DNA from: an uncultured Thermodesulfobacteriota bacterium | Lineage (GTDB): Bacteria > Desulfobacterota > GWC2-55-46 > JADFVP01 | NCBI GenBank assembly: GCA_964474975.1 | Contig: CAYYUX010000004.1 | Coordinates: 1 to 54,481 of the forward strand | Reading direction: 5' to 3' | Length of the DNA: 54,481 nt | Shown: piece after piece, positions 8,423-18,331 of the stretch | How positions within the stretch are numbered: position 1 is the stretch's first letter | Layout of the letters: the number at the start of each line of letters is the position of its first letter | Notes under the pieces: generated by a model | Seen by the model: the letters and a program-made list of their open reading frames with translations, nothing else | The model's database searches: none | What the model was told of the DNA's origin: nothing | Position numbers and translations under genes: made by a program

Positions 8423-10039
8423 CTACGGAGTGATAGTGTAAGGGGCGATATCCTCGTCAAAGCTTATGCCGCCCGGCACCTCAACCCTGCCTGCGATATT
8501 ATATACGCCTGTCACCAAAGAGGGAGGGACAATTTTTGTGAAGTTGGCGCTTAGCGTAGCTCCCGGCGAGACGTTGAAGGACCTCGAGTCAAGGGTGAAT
8601 TCACTGCCGTTAGGAGATACGGCCGCGACGCTGGCCTTAACAAACTGGACTGCTCCGCTGGCATTATGGATGGCAACAGAGTAGGAAACTGAACCCCCGC
8701 GAGCCACTGTAGTGGGGCCTATGGGAGTAATGCTCATGGTCACCGCAGGAGGCGGCAGAAGTAAGGTGTTGTTAATATTAAGGCGGCCTCCCGTGCCTAC
8801 GGGCAGAGACGCAGGGTCCACACCGGCAAGAATCCTCCACTTCACCTCGTTTACGGTGAGCGTCGGGTCCTTGGCCATCAGCAGAGTGACCGCTCCCGTT
8901 ACATGAGGCGTAGCCATGGAGGTTCCGCTAAAGAAGCTGTATGTATTATTGGGCGTAGTGGAGAGAATATTAACGCCCGGGGCCGCAAGGTCTACGGATT
9001 TAACACCAAAGTTGGAAAAACCTGCAAGGCCGTCGTTCTTGTCAGTAGCGGCAACAGATATTATATTTGGAAGGTTATAGGCGGAGGGATACTGAGGAGC
9101 AAAGTCCGTGTTCTTGCCGTCATTACCGGCGGCGGCCACGAAAACGCTGTTAGAGGCCTGTATGGCGTCATATTCCGCCTGCGTCGGCGAGGTACTGCCG
9201 TAAGAGTTGTTCGAGACCCTCACGCCCATGGAGGTCGCATAGTTGACGGCAGAGATGATGTCTGATGTAGAAGCGGAGCAGAAAAAGCCGAAAAAGGTCT
9301 TGAAGACCTTAAGAGGCATTATCTGCACGTTCCAGTTAACACCCGTTACGCCAATACCGTTATTGCCGACAGCCCCGATGGTTCCGGCGGTATGGGTGCC
9401 GTGTCCGCCGCAAGAGGCATCTGTGTCAGAGGGGTCATTGTCGTTATGGGCAAAGTCCCAGCCATGCACGTCGTCTACATACCCGTTCCCGTCGTCATCT
9501 ATACCATTACCGGCAATCTCGCCGGGGTTTGTGTATACGTTGGCCGCGATATCAGGATGAGTCATATCAAGGCCTGTGTCTATATCGGCAACCACCATCT
9601 TGGAGTTTCCAGTGATAATATTCCAAGCCTCGGGAGCGTCGATATCGGCGTCAAAAGTCCCGCCTGTCTGCCCTGTATTGTTAAGGCCCCATAGATCGGG
9701 AAACCTTGCGTCATTGGGGGTGACGGAGATATACCTCAAAGCGTTAAGTTCCGCGTACTTGACACCATTCAACCTTTTAATAATATTGACGGCACGCTGT
9801 GCAGTACCCTTGGGAACCTTTATGTGCATGGCGTTGATACGAATAAAACGCCTTATCATTTTAGCATTTACGCTACTCAACACACGTTCCACAGCGGCCC
9901 TATCCCTAATATTATTAAGACGAACAATTATCTCGCCCGGCACAAAGGCCGGACGCTTATGCGCGGTGCCGGCAAAGGAGACCCCGCTTACAGCCATGAT
10001 CAAAACAACAACTAAATACCCGTAACTCTTCCGTAACAT
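8423..10039 (-). CDS. Secreted S8 (subtilisin-like) serine protease, paralog of the adjacent gene
   Basis: Signal peptide; DIDTG, HGTHTAG, GTSMATPHVTG; colinear with 6727..8340 along its whole length. Confidence 0.93.
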   Translation of the reverse strand: MLRKSYGYLVVVLIMAVSGVSFAGTAHKRPAFVPGEIIVRLNNIRDRAAVERVLSSVNAKMIRRFIRINAMHIKVPKGTAQRAVNIIKRLNGVKYAELNALRYISVTPNDARFPDLWGLNNTGQTGGTFDADIDAPEAWNIITGNSKMVVADIDTGLDMTHPDIAANVYTNPGEIAGNGIDDDGNGYVDDVHGWDFAHNDNDPSDTDASCGGHGTHTAGTIGAVGNNGIGVTGVNWNVQIMPLKVFKTFFGFFCSASTSDIISAVNYATSMGVRVSNNSYGSTSPTQAEYDAIQASNSVFVAAAGNDGKNTDFAPQYPSAYNLPNIISVAATDKNDGLAGFSNFGVKSVDLAAPGVNILSTTPNNTYSFFSGTSMATPHVTGAVTLLMAKDPTLTVNEVKWRILAGVDPASLPVGTGGRLNINNTLLLPPPAVTMSITPIGPTTVARGGSVSYSVAIHNASGAVQFVKASVAAVSPNGSEFTLDSRSFNVSPGATLSANFTKIVPPSLVTGVYNIAGRVEVPGGISFDEDIAPYTITP

Positions 10040-10567
10040 ACCCTGCTCCTTTTAGTATTGATAATAAAAAAAGTCTCTATATGCTAAACCTTAATACTAA
10101 AAAAATCTGACCTTTAATATTATTTAGCCCGGCGCTAAAAAACACTTCTGCCGCCGTAAGACTTCTACGGCTATGTAGTCGAACTCTATAAAACTCGTAT
10201 AATATACCACATTTTCAGAGGCATTGCCTCAACTATATGGCATATGCTCATAATCTCGTAATCCCCGGGATGAAAAAGAGCCGCACTCTAACGTATCCCT
10301 GATGCAGGCATAGGGGATAAAAACGTTCATACCGCCTCAGCCTCAAAGCCTTAGATATTGACGTAAGGTACTTTTTTATGTTACTAAAGTACGTAAATAC
10401 TTTGCTCTTAACCAAGAGATTTTCAAGCGAATCCTCCACGGCATCGGTAAAAGGCTATCCGTAACCTGAACTCATAAATTAATATAACTTACACGGTAAC
10501 ATCATTAACCTGCGATAAGGTTCATAGAAAACATAACTACTAAAAAAACATTCAGGTAGGCGCTTAC

Positions 10568-11914
10568 ATGAAAAAAAACAAAATTGCAGTAGCCATCACG
10601 CTCCTAATAGTTGCGTTGTTTTTTATCGGCACTCCAAGCAACGCCAAAAGAAATATATTCAAGAGGTATCAGCGTCCTGTAAGGCTCAAAGGGGTTAGTT
10701 CCAACAAACACGGTCCGCAGGCAAAACAGGCCGGCAGTCTAAGCCCCCTTACCTTTCTCTCCGTAAAAGGAAATAAGGTTGTTGATGAGACAGGCGCAAT
10801 CGTCTACTTGAGAGGATTCCATTATGACAGCTTTTCCTCTCTTCAAAAAAAGATATTCGATTTCATTAAATCAAAGGGCATGAACCCCTACAAAGCAAAC
10901 GTTGAACTCTCCAGGTTCTGGTTTACCGATAAAGATATAAGCAATATAAAAAACATGGGGGCTAATGTTGTCAGAATAAGCATAAAGCTCTGGCAAATCG
11001 AGAATAAACCTTTCTCTTACAGCCAAGACTCCCTTCGCCATCTTGATAATGTTGTACAGCGATTTGGCGCACAAGGTATTTATGTAATATTGGATTTACA
11101 TGCCGCCGGGCAAAACACCCTTACCCACAACAGGGAATATGGAAACATCCTGTGGCAAGACAAAAAAATGCAAAAAAGAGTGGTGGCCCTATGGGAGATG
11201 CTCTCCCAGAGGTACAAAAACACCCCCTATATTGCCGGTTATGATATTTTAAATGAGCCTACCGCTCCCAGCAAAAAAGCATTACATGCCCTTTATCAAA
11301 AGATAATTGATGGCATAAGAAGAGCAGATAAAAAACATATCTTATTTGTCGAGACTAATCTATTTCCAAGAAAATATAAGAATGTCTATTTTGGCGGTAC
11401 ATACTCCGACAAAAATATTGTCTTGAGCTTGCACTTTTATAAACCTCCCAGTTTTACAAACCAGGGCATCGGAAGCCGGTCTACAGGACAAAAGTATCCC
11501 GGGACGTATCGAAAGCTATACTGGGACAAAAAACAAATAGCTAATTATATGGCTGAGTTCCTTAATATGCCTGAAGCCCGGGGCAGACCATTTTATGTGG
11601 GAGAATTCTCTGCAAACGTCTGGTACGGCGGGGCCGACGCGCTACGGTGGACAGAAGACGCGATTAGTGTCTTTAAAGCAAAGGGTATTCATTTTACCTA
11701 CTTTCAATACAAATCCGGAATGCTGAACCAATTGGGTTATTTTTCACCCCGTAAAACAACGTACCATAAAATGATAGCAATGAGACGCAAAGTTAAAAGA
11801 AGAAAAAAGGGAGGCAATCTCTTATCTACAGAAGACATGAGACTCAATTTAACGCAAAACTTTGAGACATACTCAAAATTAACAACGGTCTTACAAAAAG
11901 GGTTCGCAAGGTAA
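10568..11914 (+). CDS. Secreted glycoside hydrolase family 5 (cellulase family)
   Basis: Signal peptide; 'MGANVVRI', 'VILDLH', acid/base 'YDILNEP', 'SLHFY', nucleophile 'YVGEF'. Confidence 0.88.
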   Translation: MKKNKIAVAITLLIVALFFIGTPSNAKRNIFKRYQRPVRLKGVSSNKHGPQAKQAGSLSPLTFLSVKGNKVVDETGAIVYLRGFHYDSFSSLQKKIFDFIKSKGMNPYKANVELSRFWFTDKDISNIKNMGANVVRISIKLWQIENKPFSYSQDSLRHLDNVVQRFGAQGIYVILDLHAAGQNTLTHNREYGNILWQDKKMQKRVVALWEMLSQRYKNTPYIAGYDILNEPTAPSKKALHALYQKIIDGIRRADKKHILFVETNLFPRKYKNVYFGGTYSDKNIVLSLHFYKPPSFTNQGIGSRSTGQKYPGTYRKLYWDKKQIANYMAEFLNMPEARGRPFYVGEFSANVWYGGADALRWTEDAISVFKAKGIHFTYFQYKSGMLNQLGYFSPRKTTYHKMIAMRRKVKRRKKGGNLLSTEDMRLNLTQNFETYSKLTTVLQKGFAR

Positions 11915-11915
11915 G

Positions 11916-11940
11916 AAAGCCCTCTCAGGAGGGAGGCTTT
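11916..11940 (+). terminator. Possible terminator hairpin after the GH5 gene
   Basis: AAAGCCCTCTC-AGGA-GGGAGGCTTT bulged stem directly after the stop; short U tract. Confidence 0.45.
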
Positions 11941-12383
11941 GCTATAAATGAACGAGTTTCATTGTCTGACCTTGAGCGGGGAAGATGCCTCTCTCAAAAC
12001 AGAATATATGTTGAATTGTTCCCCGGCGCGCAGACTTGTCAATCTTCAGGTTATACAAAAATAACGGGCGTTTTTAATAAGCTCCGGCAACGCACTTTGC
12101 GAAAACCAAAGATTCGCTTGAAAGATTAAAAACAGGCGCTTTACCTTTGCGCAAACCTTGGATTTAGTTCCGTTTTCAGAGCGTTCTACGTCCGATAACG
12201 ATTTATTACGACGGCACTTCTTCTGAGTAAAGCCTCTGGTGCGAGGAGCATTCTCACGTATCACATCTCCTTGAAATATCAATATTTTACTCGCCAAAGC
12301 ATCCCTGCTGGAAAAGGTCTTTTACTATACGAGGCTTTCTTGGCGACAACTTTCCGATAAAGATTGAGCGGTAACTACACAAA

Positions 12384-13568
12384 TTGCCTATCAAAGTTTT
12401 ACATGTTATTCAGGGGAAACATTTTGGCGGTGCAGAGCAGGTAGTTTTGACCTTAGCGAAGTGCTGCGACCGCAAAAATATCATACCGTCAGTACTCTGC
12501 CTCTCAGATGGTTTGCTTATAAGCAAACTTGAAGAATCCGGCATAGCGGCTTTTCTCATACCCATGACTTCAAAAAGAGATATTATCCTCCCCCTACTGA
12601 AAACCATCAAACTCATTAAAAAAGAAAATATCGACATTATTCACACTCACACGGTAAGGTCTAATCTTATCGGACGATTAGCCGCTTTTTTTTCTAGAAG
12701 AAAATGTATCACCCACCTCCATAGCCCCATACTTAGAGACTTTGCCGATCTAAAAAGAGGACGTATCAATGAAATCGTTGATTCTCTTACACGGCCATTT
12801 GCAGACCGCTATATCGCTGTAAGCCATAGTCTTCGAGAGGAAATGGTACAACGAGGGATGTCGGGGCAAAAGATTGTAACCGTACATAACGCCCTGGATT
12901 TAGAATCTTTATATGTATCAGACAAAAAAAAAGATATCTCTGAGACGAGCATCCGGGCTGAGTACAATATTCCAGAAACAAATTTTCTGATAACCTTGGT
13001 AGCTCTCCTACGTCCGCGTAAAGGCGTTGAGGTTCTTATCAAAGCCATGAAAAAAGTCTGCACCCATTTTCCTGAGGTCTCTCTTTTAATCGTTGGCAAT
13101 GATGATATTTCTGAAGACCCCGGCTATGCTCAAAGGCTTCGCAGTACGGTGTCGGACCTCGGTATGGAAAAAAATATTTTTTTTACCGGATTCAGAGACA
13201 ATGTGCCTGAGATATTAACTGAATCTAATCTCATGGCATTACCTTCACTATTTGGCGAGGGGCTCCCTATGGTCATACTGGAATCAATGGCTATGGGGCT
13301 TCCAGTTGTAGCATCTAAACTGGAGGGCATTCCTGAGGTCATTGATGATGATGTGACAGGATTTCTGGTTAATCCAAATGATGTGGAAGCGCTCTCAGAT
13401 AAAATTATCAAGATTATGGAGTCGCCGGATTTAGTAGAAACAGTCGTAAAAAACGCTCGCAAAAAAATAACCACTGAGATGAACGGGTACAGGCAGGCAA
13501 GTCAGGTAGAAGCGATTTATAAAGACGTATTGTCACATAACAAATTTTCCTCAAATTCTTTGACATGA
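12384..13568 (+). CDS. Glycosyltransferase family 4
   Basis: 'GGAEQVV', 'IIHTH', 'RKG', 'EGLPMVILESMAMGLPVVAS...GIPEVI..TGFLV'; TTG start. Confidence 0.92.
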   Translation: MPIKVLHVIQGKHFGGAEQVVLTLAKCCDRKNIIPSVLCLSDGLLISKLEESGIAAFLIPMTSKRDIILPLLKTIKLIKKENIDIIHTHTVRSNLIGRLAAFFSRRKCITHLHSPILRDFADLKRGRINEIVDSLTRPFADRYIAVSHSLREEMVQRGMSGQKIVTVHNALDLESLYVSDKKKDISETSIRAEYNIPETNFLITLVALLRPRKGVEVLIKAMKKVCTHFPEVSLLIVGNDDISEDPGYAQRLRSTVSDLGMEKNIFFTGFRDNVPEILTESNLMALPSLFGEGLPMVILESMAMGLPVVASKLEGIPEVIDDDVTGFLVNPNDVEALSDKIIKIMESPDLVETVVKNARKKITTEMNGYRQASQVEAIYKDVLSHNKFSSNSLT

Positions 13569-14302
13569 GCACAACTACTACATTATTTAATATTCCGATA
13601 AATATCTGCCGGCTTCAAGAGGGTATTGCTCTTGTAGAAGAATTGATCGCGGCTAAAAAACCCTCTCTTGTGGCCCTTGCCAATGCGCACACCTTGAATC
13701 TTGCATATGAGCATAACGAGTATGGCAAGGTCTTAAAGAACGCAAATTTGGTTCTTCGAGATGGCTCGGGAGTCGCCTGGGCGCTCAAAAAAAAAGGGGT
13801 GGAGCCTCTCTATAATTTTGTAGGCACAGACTTTATCCCTGAATTTTGCAAAAGCACTCTTAATAGCGGCTATAGAATATTTCTCTTAGGAGCAACTCCC
13901 GGAACAGCTCAGATTGCAGGGGAAAAATTATGCGAATTAGCCCCCGGCATTGTTATTACCGGATGCCACCATGGCTATATACCTGAAGATGAAACAGGAC
14001 AAATCATCAATTATATTAATTCAACGAAAACCGATATACTTTTAGTGGCCATGGGCAATCCGAAACAAGAGTTATGGATAGCAGAGAACCTGCATAGATT
14101 AAATGTCCCTGTTTCCATCGGCGTAGGCGCCCTCTTTGATTATTTAAGCGGTTCCGTTAAGAGGGCGCCGCAGTGGATGATAAGGATGGGGATAGAATGG
14201 ATATTTCGACTTATTATTGAACCAAAACGACTCTGTAAAAGGTATATCGTTGGAAATCCAAAATTCATAATACGAGTATACAGGGAATATTTCGGAATAT
14301 AA
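13565..14302 (+). CDS. WecB/TagA/CpsF-family glycosyltransferase (GT26)
   Basis: 'DGSGV', 'GTDF', 'IFLLGA', 'HHGY', 'VAMGNPKQELWI', 'GVGALFD..SG..KRAP.W...G.EW.FRL..EP.RL..RY'. Confidence 0.93.
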   Translation: MSTTTTLFNIPINICRLQEGIALVEELIAAKKPSLVALANAHTLNLAYEHNEYGKVLKNANLVLRDGSGVAWALKKKGVEPLYNFVGTDFIPEFCKSTLNSGYRIFLLGATPGTAQIAGEKLCELAPGIVITGCHHGYIPEDETGQIINYINSTKTDILLVAMGNPKQELWIAENLHRLNVPVSIGVGALFDYLSGSVKRAPQWMIRMGIEWIFRLIIEPKRLCKRYIVGNPKFIIRVYREYFGI

Positions 14303-14316
14303 ATAATGCAAGCTCT

Positions 14317-14343
14317 GGCAGTTTTTTTTAAACTGCCTTTTTT
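14317..14343 (+). terminator. Intrinsic terminator after the GT26 gene
   Basis: GGCAGTTT/AAACTGCC 8-bp stem followed by T6, between convergent genes. Confidence 0.7.
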
Positions 14344-14558
14344 GTCGAGGGAGGGGAAGCGCTACGGTCTACAGCTTTATCGAAACTGCCATGGCCAATG
14401 GCCTACAGCCTTATCCGTACCCGGGATATCTCCTTGAAAATATCCCGACAGCAAAGACAACATCACATGGCCGCAGCCTGCTCTGCCAATGAATATTGAC
14501 AGCAATACACTTGAATAAGCCCTATACTTAAAGGGTGTGATTAGTCCGGTATTTACCT

Positions 14559-15692
14559 TCAATGAGCCGCTATAAACCTCATATAAAGCGACTCAATCTC
14601 TTTAATATTTTGTCTTATGTCAAATACTCTTCCTACCCTTTGCAGGGCAGACCGTCCCATTAGCTCTGCTACTTCAGGTGAGTCGAGAAGACTCCTTATG
14701 TTCTCAGAAAAGGCCTCGATATCTCCAAAAGGGACGAGAAAACCTGTCTCATTAGATACGACCGCTTCATTTACACCTTCAACATCGAATGCGACAATAG
14801 GTTTTGCCCTGGCCATAACTTCTAAGAGAGTTATGGAAAAAGCCTCGCCGCCTGACGAAAAGACAAAGACGTCCATAATATCGAGAAGTTTATATACATC
14901 TGATCTCTGGCCAAGAAACTTGACCTCCTCCTCCAAACACATTTTTTTTGCCAATGTTTCCAAAGCTTCTCTTTGCGGGCCGCTTCCAACGATAAGAGCT
15001 GTAAACCTCGTTCCCCCTTTCTTTAAAAGAGCCAACGCCTTAAGCAGACTCGGGTACTCTTTTTCCGGCACCAAGCGGCCCACCATCCCTAAAACAGGCA
15101 AATCATTTGAAATTCCGAGTTCTTTCTTTAACTTTGCCCTATCACATGAGAGGCCAGCGATGCCTTGGACGTCAACTCCGTTATAAATAAGCGTAATCTT
15201 ATTTTCAGGAGTCCTTTCCCTTTGGATAAGGCTCTTTTTCATCCCTTTTGAAATAGCTATAAAGTGATGAATAAAGGGCGCTATAATACGATTAAAAATT
15301 ACTACTCGCCTTTTGCGCTTTATTGGCGAGCCTATTGTTGTGCCATGATCGGTATGTATAATTACAGGGGCAAAACCCAACACACAGCAAAGCTTCGCAA
15401 GAGGCGTTTGGCCGTGAATGTTTACAACATCTATCTTTTTTCTTCGTATGATGGAGATCAGTTGCATGGCGCCAAAGAGGTCAAAACCACTTCTCATGTT
15501 GAGCACGATTACTTCGCTGGCATAATCCTTTATCTCGTCGGAGACTACACCGCCGGAAAATAGCACACAAACGGTAATATCAAAATGGCTCTTATCGGAG
15601 TACCGGCATAACGAGAGAACAAACTTCTCAGAACCTCCGATGTCGCCGCATGGCAAAACATATAAAATTTTTATTTTTTCATTCATCATCAA
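14559..15692 (-). CDS. Glycosyltransferase family 4
   Basis: 'GGSEK', 'IYNGVD', 'VGRLVPEK', 'EAFSITLLEVMARAKPIVA..V.GV.E...TGFLV'. Confidence 0.92.
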   Translation of the reverse strand: MMMNEKIKILYVLPCGDIGGSEKFVLSLCRYSDKSHFDITVCVLFSGGVVSDEIKDYASEVIVLNMRSGFDLFGAMQLISIIRRKKIDVVNIHGQTPLAKLCCVLGFAPVIIHTDHGTTIGSPIKRKRRVVIFNRIIAPFIHHFIAISKGMKKSLIQRERTPENKITLIYNGVDVQGIAGLSCDRAKLKKELGISNDLPVLGMVGRLVPEKEYPSLLKALALLKKGGTRFTALIVGSGPQREALETLAKKMCLEEEVKFLGQRSDVYKLLDIMDVFVFSSGGEAFSITLLEVMARAKPIVAFDVEGVNEAVVSNETGFLVPFGDIEAFSENIRSLLDSPEVAELMGRSALQRVGRVFDIRQNIKEIESLYMRFIAAH

Positions 15693-15700
15693 ATAACTCT

Positions 15701-16702
15701 TTAAAAAAAGAGGTAGGGGCTGAGAGAAACCCCCTTTCTTCTTAACTTCATTATATTCGATAAAGGGTACTGCTCAGTCCCCGCGGTTGTACTGCAAACA
15801 AGCTCAAATCCCTCCTCACGCAATATTTTCATAACATCTTCAGAGTAATCATCGTCTTTGCCGTATGGATAGGCAAATACTTTTACAGACTGCTGAATCT
15901 GTTCCTCGATCATTTTTTTTGATTCAACAATTTCCTCTCGTGCCTCAGAGACCGGGAGAGAACTCAACACAGGGTGCGACCTTGTATGACTGCCGAAGGA
16001 GATACCTCCGCACGACATCTCCTTGACTTCTTCCCAGGTAAGCATCACTCTTTCGCCATCATTCGGCCATGCTCTTACTTTGCATATCTGTGATAAATAT
16101 TTCAGAGAATCATTGCGCTCATCGGGTGTATACGCCTTAAATCTATCGGCCAATGAACGCAATATACAGATCCTTGCAGACGGGTCGGACGCGAAGAAGA
16201 GGCAAATCTCCTTGCCTGCCTCGTGGAGGAGCTTGTTGCCGCCAAAATTTTCAATCTTTGGAAAAGCTTTTGCCTTGTACATTATCCACGCAAGCATATC
16301 AGGCCATAAAAGTCTGCCTGTATCTATATAATCGGTGGCAAGAAAAATCGTGGCAGGGACATTGTGCTTTTTCAATACGGGAAAGGCTTCAGAATAGTTA
16401 TTGCGGTAGCCATCATCAAAGGTAATAACTGCAATATCTTTTTTCGAGTTTTCCTTATACTCGCGTTTATTCAGATATTTCAGATCGACAATATCATAAT
16501 GCTTCTTCAAAAAAATAATCTGCCTTTCAAAAACATCCGGCCTTACGGCGTGGCCGAAGAGGGGCTTCGCCTGATAATGTATTTTATGGTAAAGCAAGAT
16601 GAAAATTTTTCTCTTACCGGTCAGTCTCCGCCAGAGTATTTTCCACTGTGGGAATCCACCATAATACAGAATAGGCCTCAGCAAAATCCGCGTGCTTGCC
16701 AT
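15701..16702 (-). CDS. Polysaccharide deacetylase (CE4/NodB homology domain)
   Basis: 'ILLYH', 'ITFDDGY', 'PATIFL', 'GSHTRSHPVL', 'FAYPYG'. Confidence 0.9.
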   Translation of the reverse strand: MASTRILLRPILYYGGFPQWKILWRRLTGKRKIFILLYHKIHYQAKPLFGHAVRPDVFERQIIFLKKHYDIVDLKYLNKREYKENSKKDIAVITFDDGYRNNYSEAFPVLKKHNVPATIFLATDYIDTGRLLWPDMLAWIMYKAKAFPKIENFGGNKLLHEAGKEICLFFASDPSARICILRSLADRFKAYTPDERNDSLKYLSQICKVRAWPNDGERVMLTWEEVKEMSCGGISFGSHTRSHPVLSSLPVSEAREEIVESKKMIEEQIQQSVKVFAYPYGKDDDYSEDVMKILREEGFELVCSTTAGTEQYPLSNIMKLRRKGVSLSPYLFF

Positions 16703-16708
16703 AATGGT

Positions 16709-18190
16709 CTACATATACCCTAATGCTTTTAAACGGTCAATCATTGAAGCATCTATCTTGTCTGAGTTGATCTCCCCCTCAATCTTATTTATATTATCGA
16801 GATAGAACTCATTCATCTTCGCATAGCGAATAGATGCTTCATGCTCTAAATCTCCATAACTATTTGTTTTATGATACAAGTTGTTTATCTCTCCGGGATC
16901 ATCTGCTAAATTGTAGCACTCATGGCTTCCATTAGATGAGTATATAAATTTCCTATCTTTCGAACGGATGCTTAATAACCGCCTATCGTATTTCTGCAGA
17001 CGGTCCCTGTACTTAACTCTCTCGGGGCCGAATGCCTTTATCAACTCCGATACTGCCAGGCCTTGCTTCCTCCGGGGACGCACCTTGCCAAGGAGGTCAT
17101 TGCCCTGCACCTGTTCCCATATCTTTTTGTCCTCAATATTAAGAAGAGAAAGAATAGTGGGATAAATGTCCACGTTCTGTACCACTTCGGAAACACTGCC
17201 GGTCAAACTCAAATCTTTAGGGTATTTTATCAGCAATGGAATCTTAACAAGGGTATCGTATAAACAAAAATAGTGGAACATAAGCCCGTGATCACCGAGG
17301 TTGTCGCCATGGTCCGCAAGGATAATCACCATAGTATTATCATAAACATCATATTTTTTTAGTAGCTTAAAAATCCTCGATATAATATGGTCGGCATAAT
17401 AAATTGAATTATCATAAAAAGACTGGAGGATCTGAAAATCTTCAGCGGACATATTGCTCTGACCAAGTAGATACTTCAGGTGGTCATGGTTAATAGATAA
17501 TTTTTTATAATTATCACGTAAATTAGCAAATTTAAGCGCATACTTGAAGGGCGAGCGGTATGGCGAGTGCGTCTCAAAAAGATGCGTATACACAAAAAAG
17601 GGCTTGTCCCTGTTATGCTTCAGCCACCCGGATAATTTATTATGAAAGTAGTGACTGCCTCGATCTATCAACACATCAAAGGAACGGGCCAGCATATCAA
17701 ATAAGGCTTTTTTCTTGGGATTTATCTCCTCCTCTGAAGAGTCATCTGCTCGAGTAATCCCGGGAGGCTGTAAACGGTTGACCTGTTTTCTGAACAATGT
17801 GGAGACAACTTTTTTAACTGTATCGACACTGTATTCCGAGACAAAATCATCGAAGCCTCTATCAAGCCCCGAGTATGGGGATACGTAAACGTTCTTTACA
17901 AAACCAGCGGTATTATAACCATACTTTTTTAGTGCGCTTGGCAGTGTAAGGAACTTCTCGTCGAGCGTATCACCATCGACCAGAAGGCCATGCTTTGATG
18001 TATACATGCCCGTAAAAAGAGAAGCTATGGAAGGCATCGTCCAGTAACTTGAAGATACGGCATTTTCGTAAACAGAGAGCTCCGACCGGATGGAAGAGAG
18101 AAATGGCATGGTATTACGATGATAGCCGTAGATCGGCACATTCTGTGCTCTAACAGCATCCATGACTATTATCAATACATTTGGTTTCAT
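16709..18190 (-). CDS. Sulfatase-fold (AlkP superfamily) hydrolase/transferase with Thr at the nucleophile position
   Basis: 'PNVLIIVMDAVRA', 'SYWTMPSIASLFTG', 'ETHSPY', 'ADHGD.LGDHG', 'YNLADDPGE..NL'; lacks the C/S-x-P-x-R formylglycine motif; no signal peptide. Confidence 0.85.
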   Translation of the reverse strand: MKPNVLIIVMDAVRAQNVPIYGYHRNTMPFLSSIRSELSVYENAVSSSYWTMPSIASLFTGMYTSKHGLLVDGDTLDEKFLTLPSALKKYGYNTAGFVKNVYVSPYSGLDRGFDDFVSEYSVDTVKKVVSTLFRKQVNRLQPPGITRADDSSEEEINPKKKALFDMLARSFDVLIDRGSHYFHNKLSGWLKHNRDKPFFVYTHLFETHSPYRSPFKYALKFANLRDNYKKLSINHDHLKYLLGQSNMSAEDFQILQSFYDNSIYYADHIISRIFKLLKKYDVYDNTMVIILADHGDNLGDHGLMFHYFCLYDTLVKIPLLIKYPKDLSLTGSVSEVVQNVDIYPTILSLLNIEDKKIWEQVQGNDLLGKVRPRRKQGLAVSELIKAFGPERVKYRDRLQKYDRRLLSIRSKDRKFIYSSNGSHECYNLADDPGEINNLYHKTNSYGDLEHEASIRYAKMNEFYLDNINKIEGEINSDKIDASMIDRLKALGYM

Positions 18191-18331
18191 TTTAAGACCT
18201 CTATATTACCATGAACTATCAGGATAGCACCTACGACGGTGGATACATCTCAAACAATAAGCGCTTGAGGAAAGCAAAACTGCTTTCACATGTCTTAGCC
18301 GAACACACAACCATTAGGCCCTATACCGTTA

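Noticed and set aside
12924-13795. A9 homopolymers in the GT4 and GT26 genes as phase-variation tracts
   Set aside because: In-frame Lys codon runs in AT-rich genes; both frames are intact.
14377-14562. 61-aa minus-strand ORF overlapping the GT4 stop
   Set aside because: TTG start, no RBS, no motif; lies in the gap between convergent genes.
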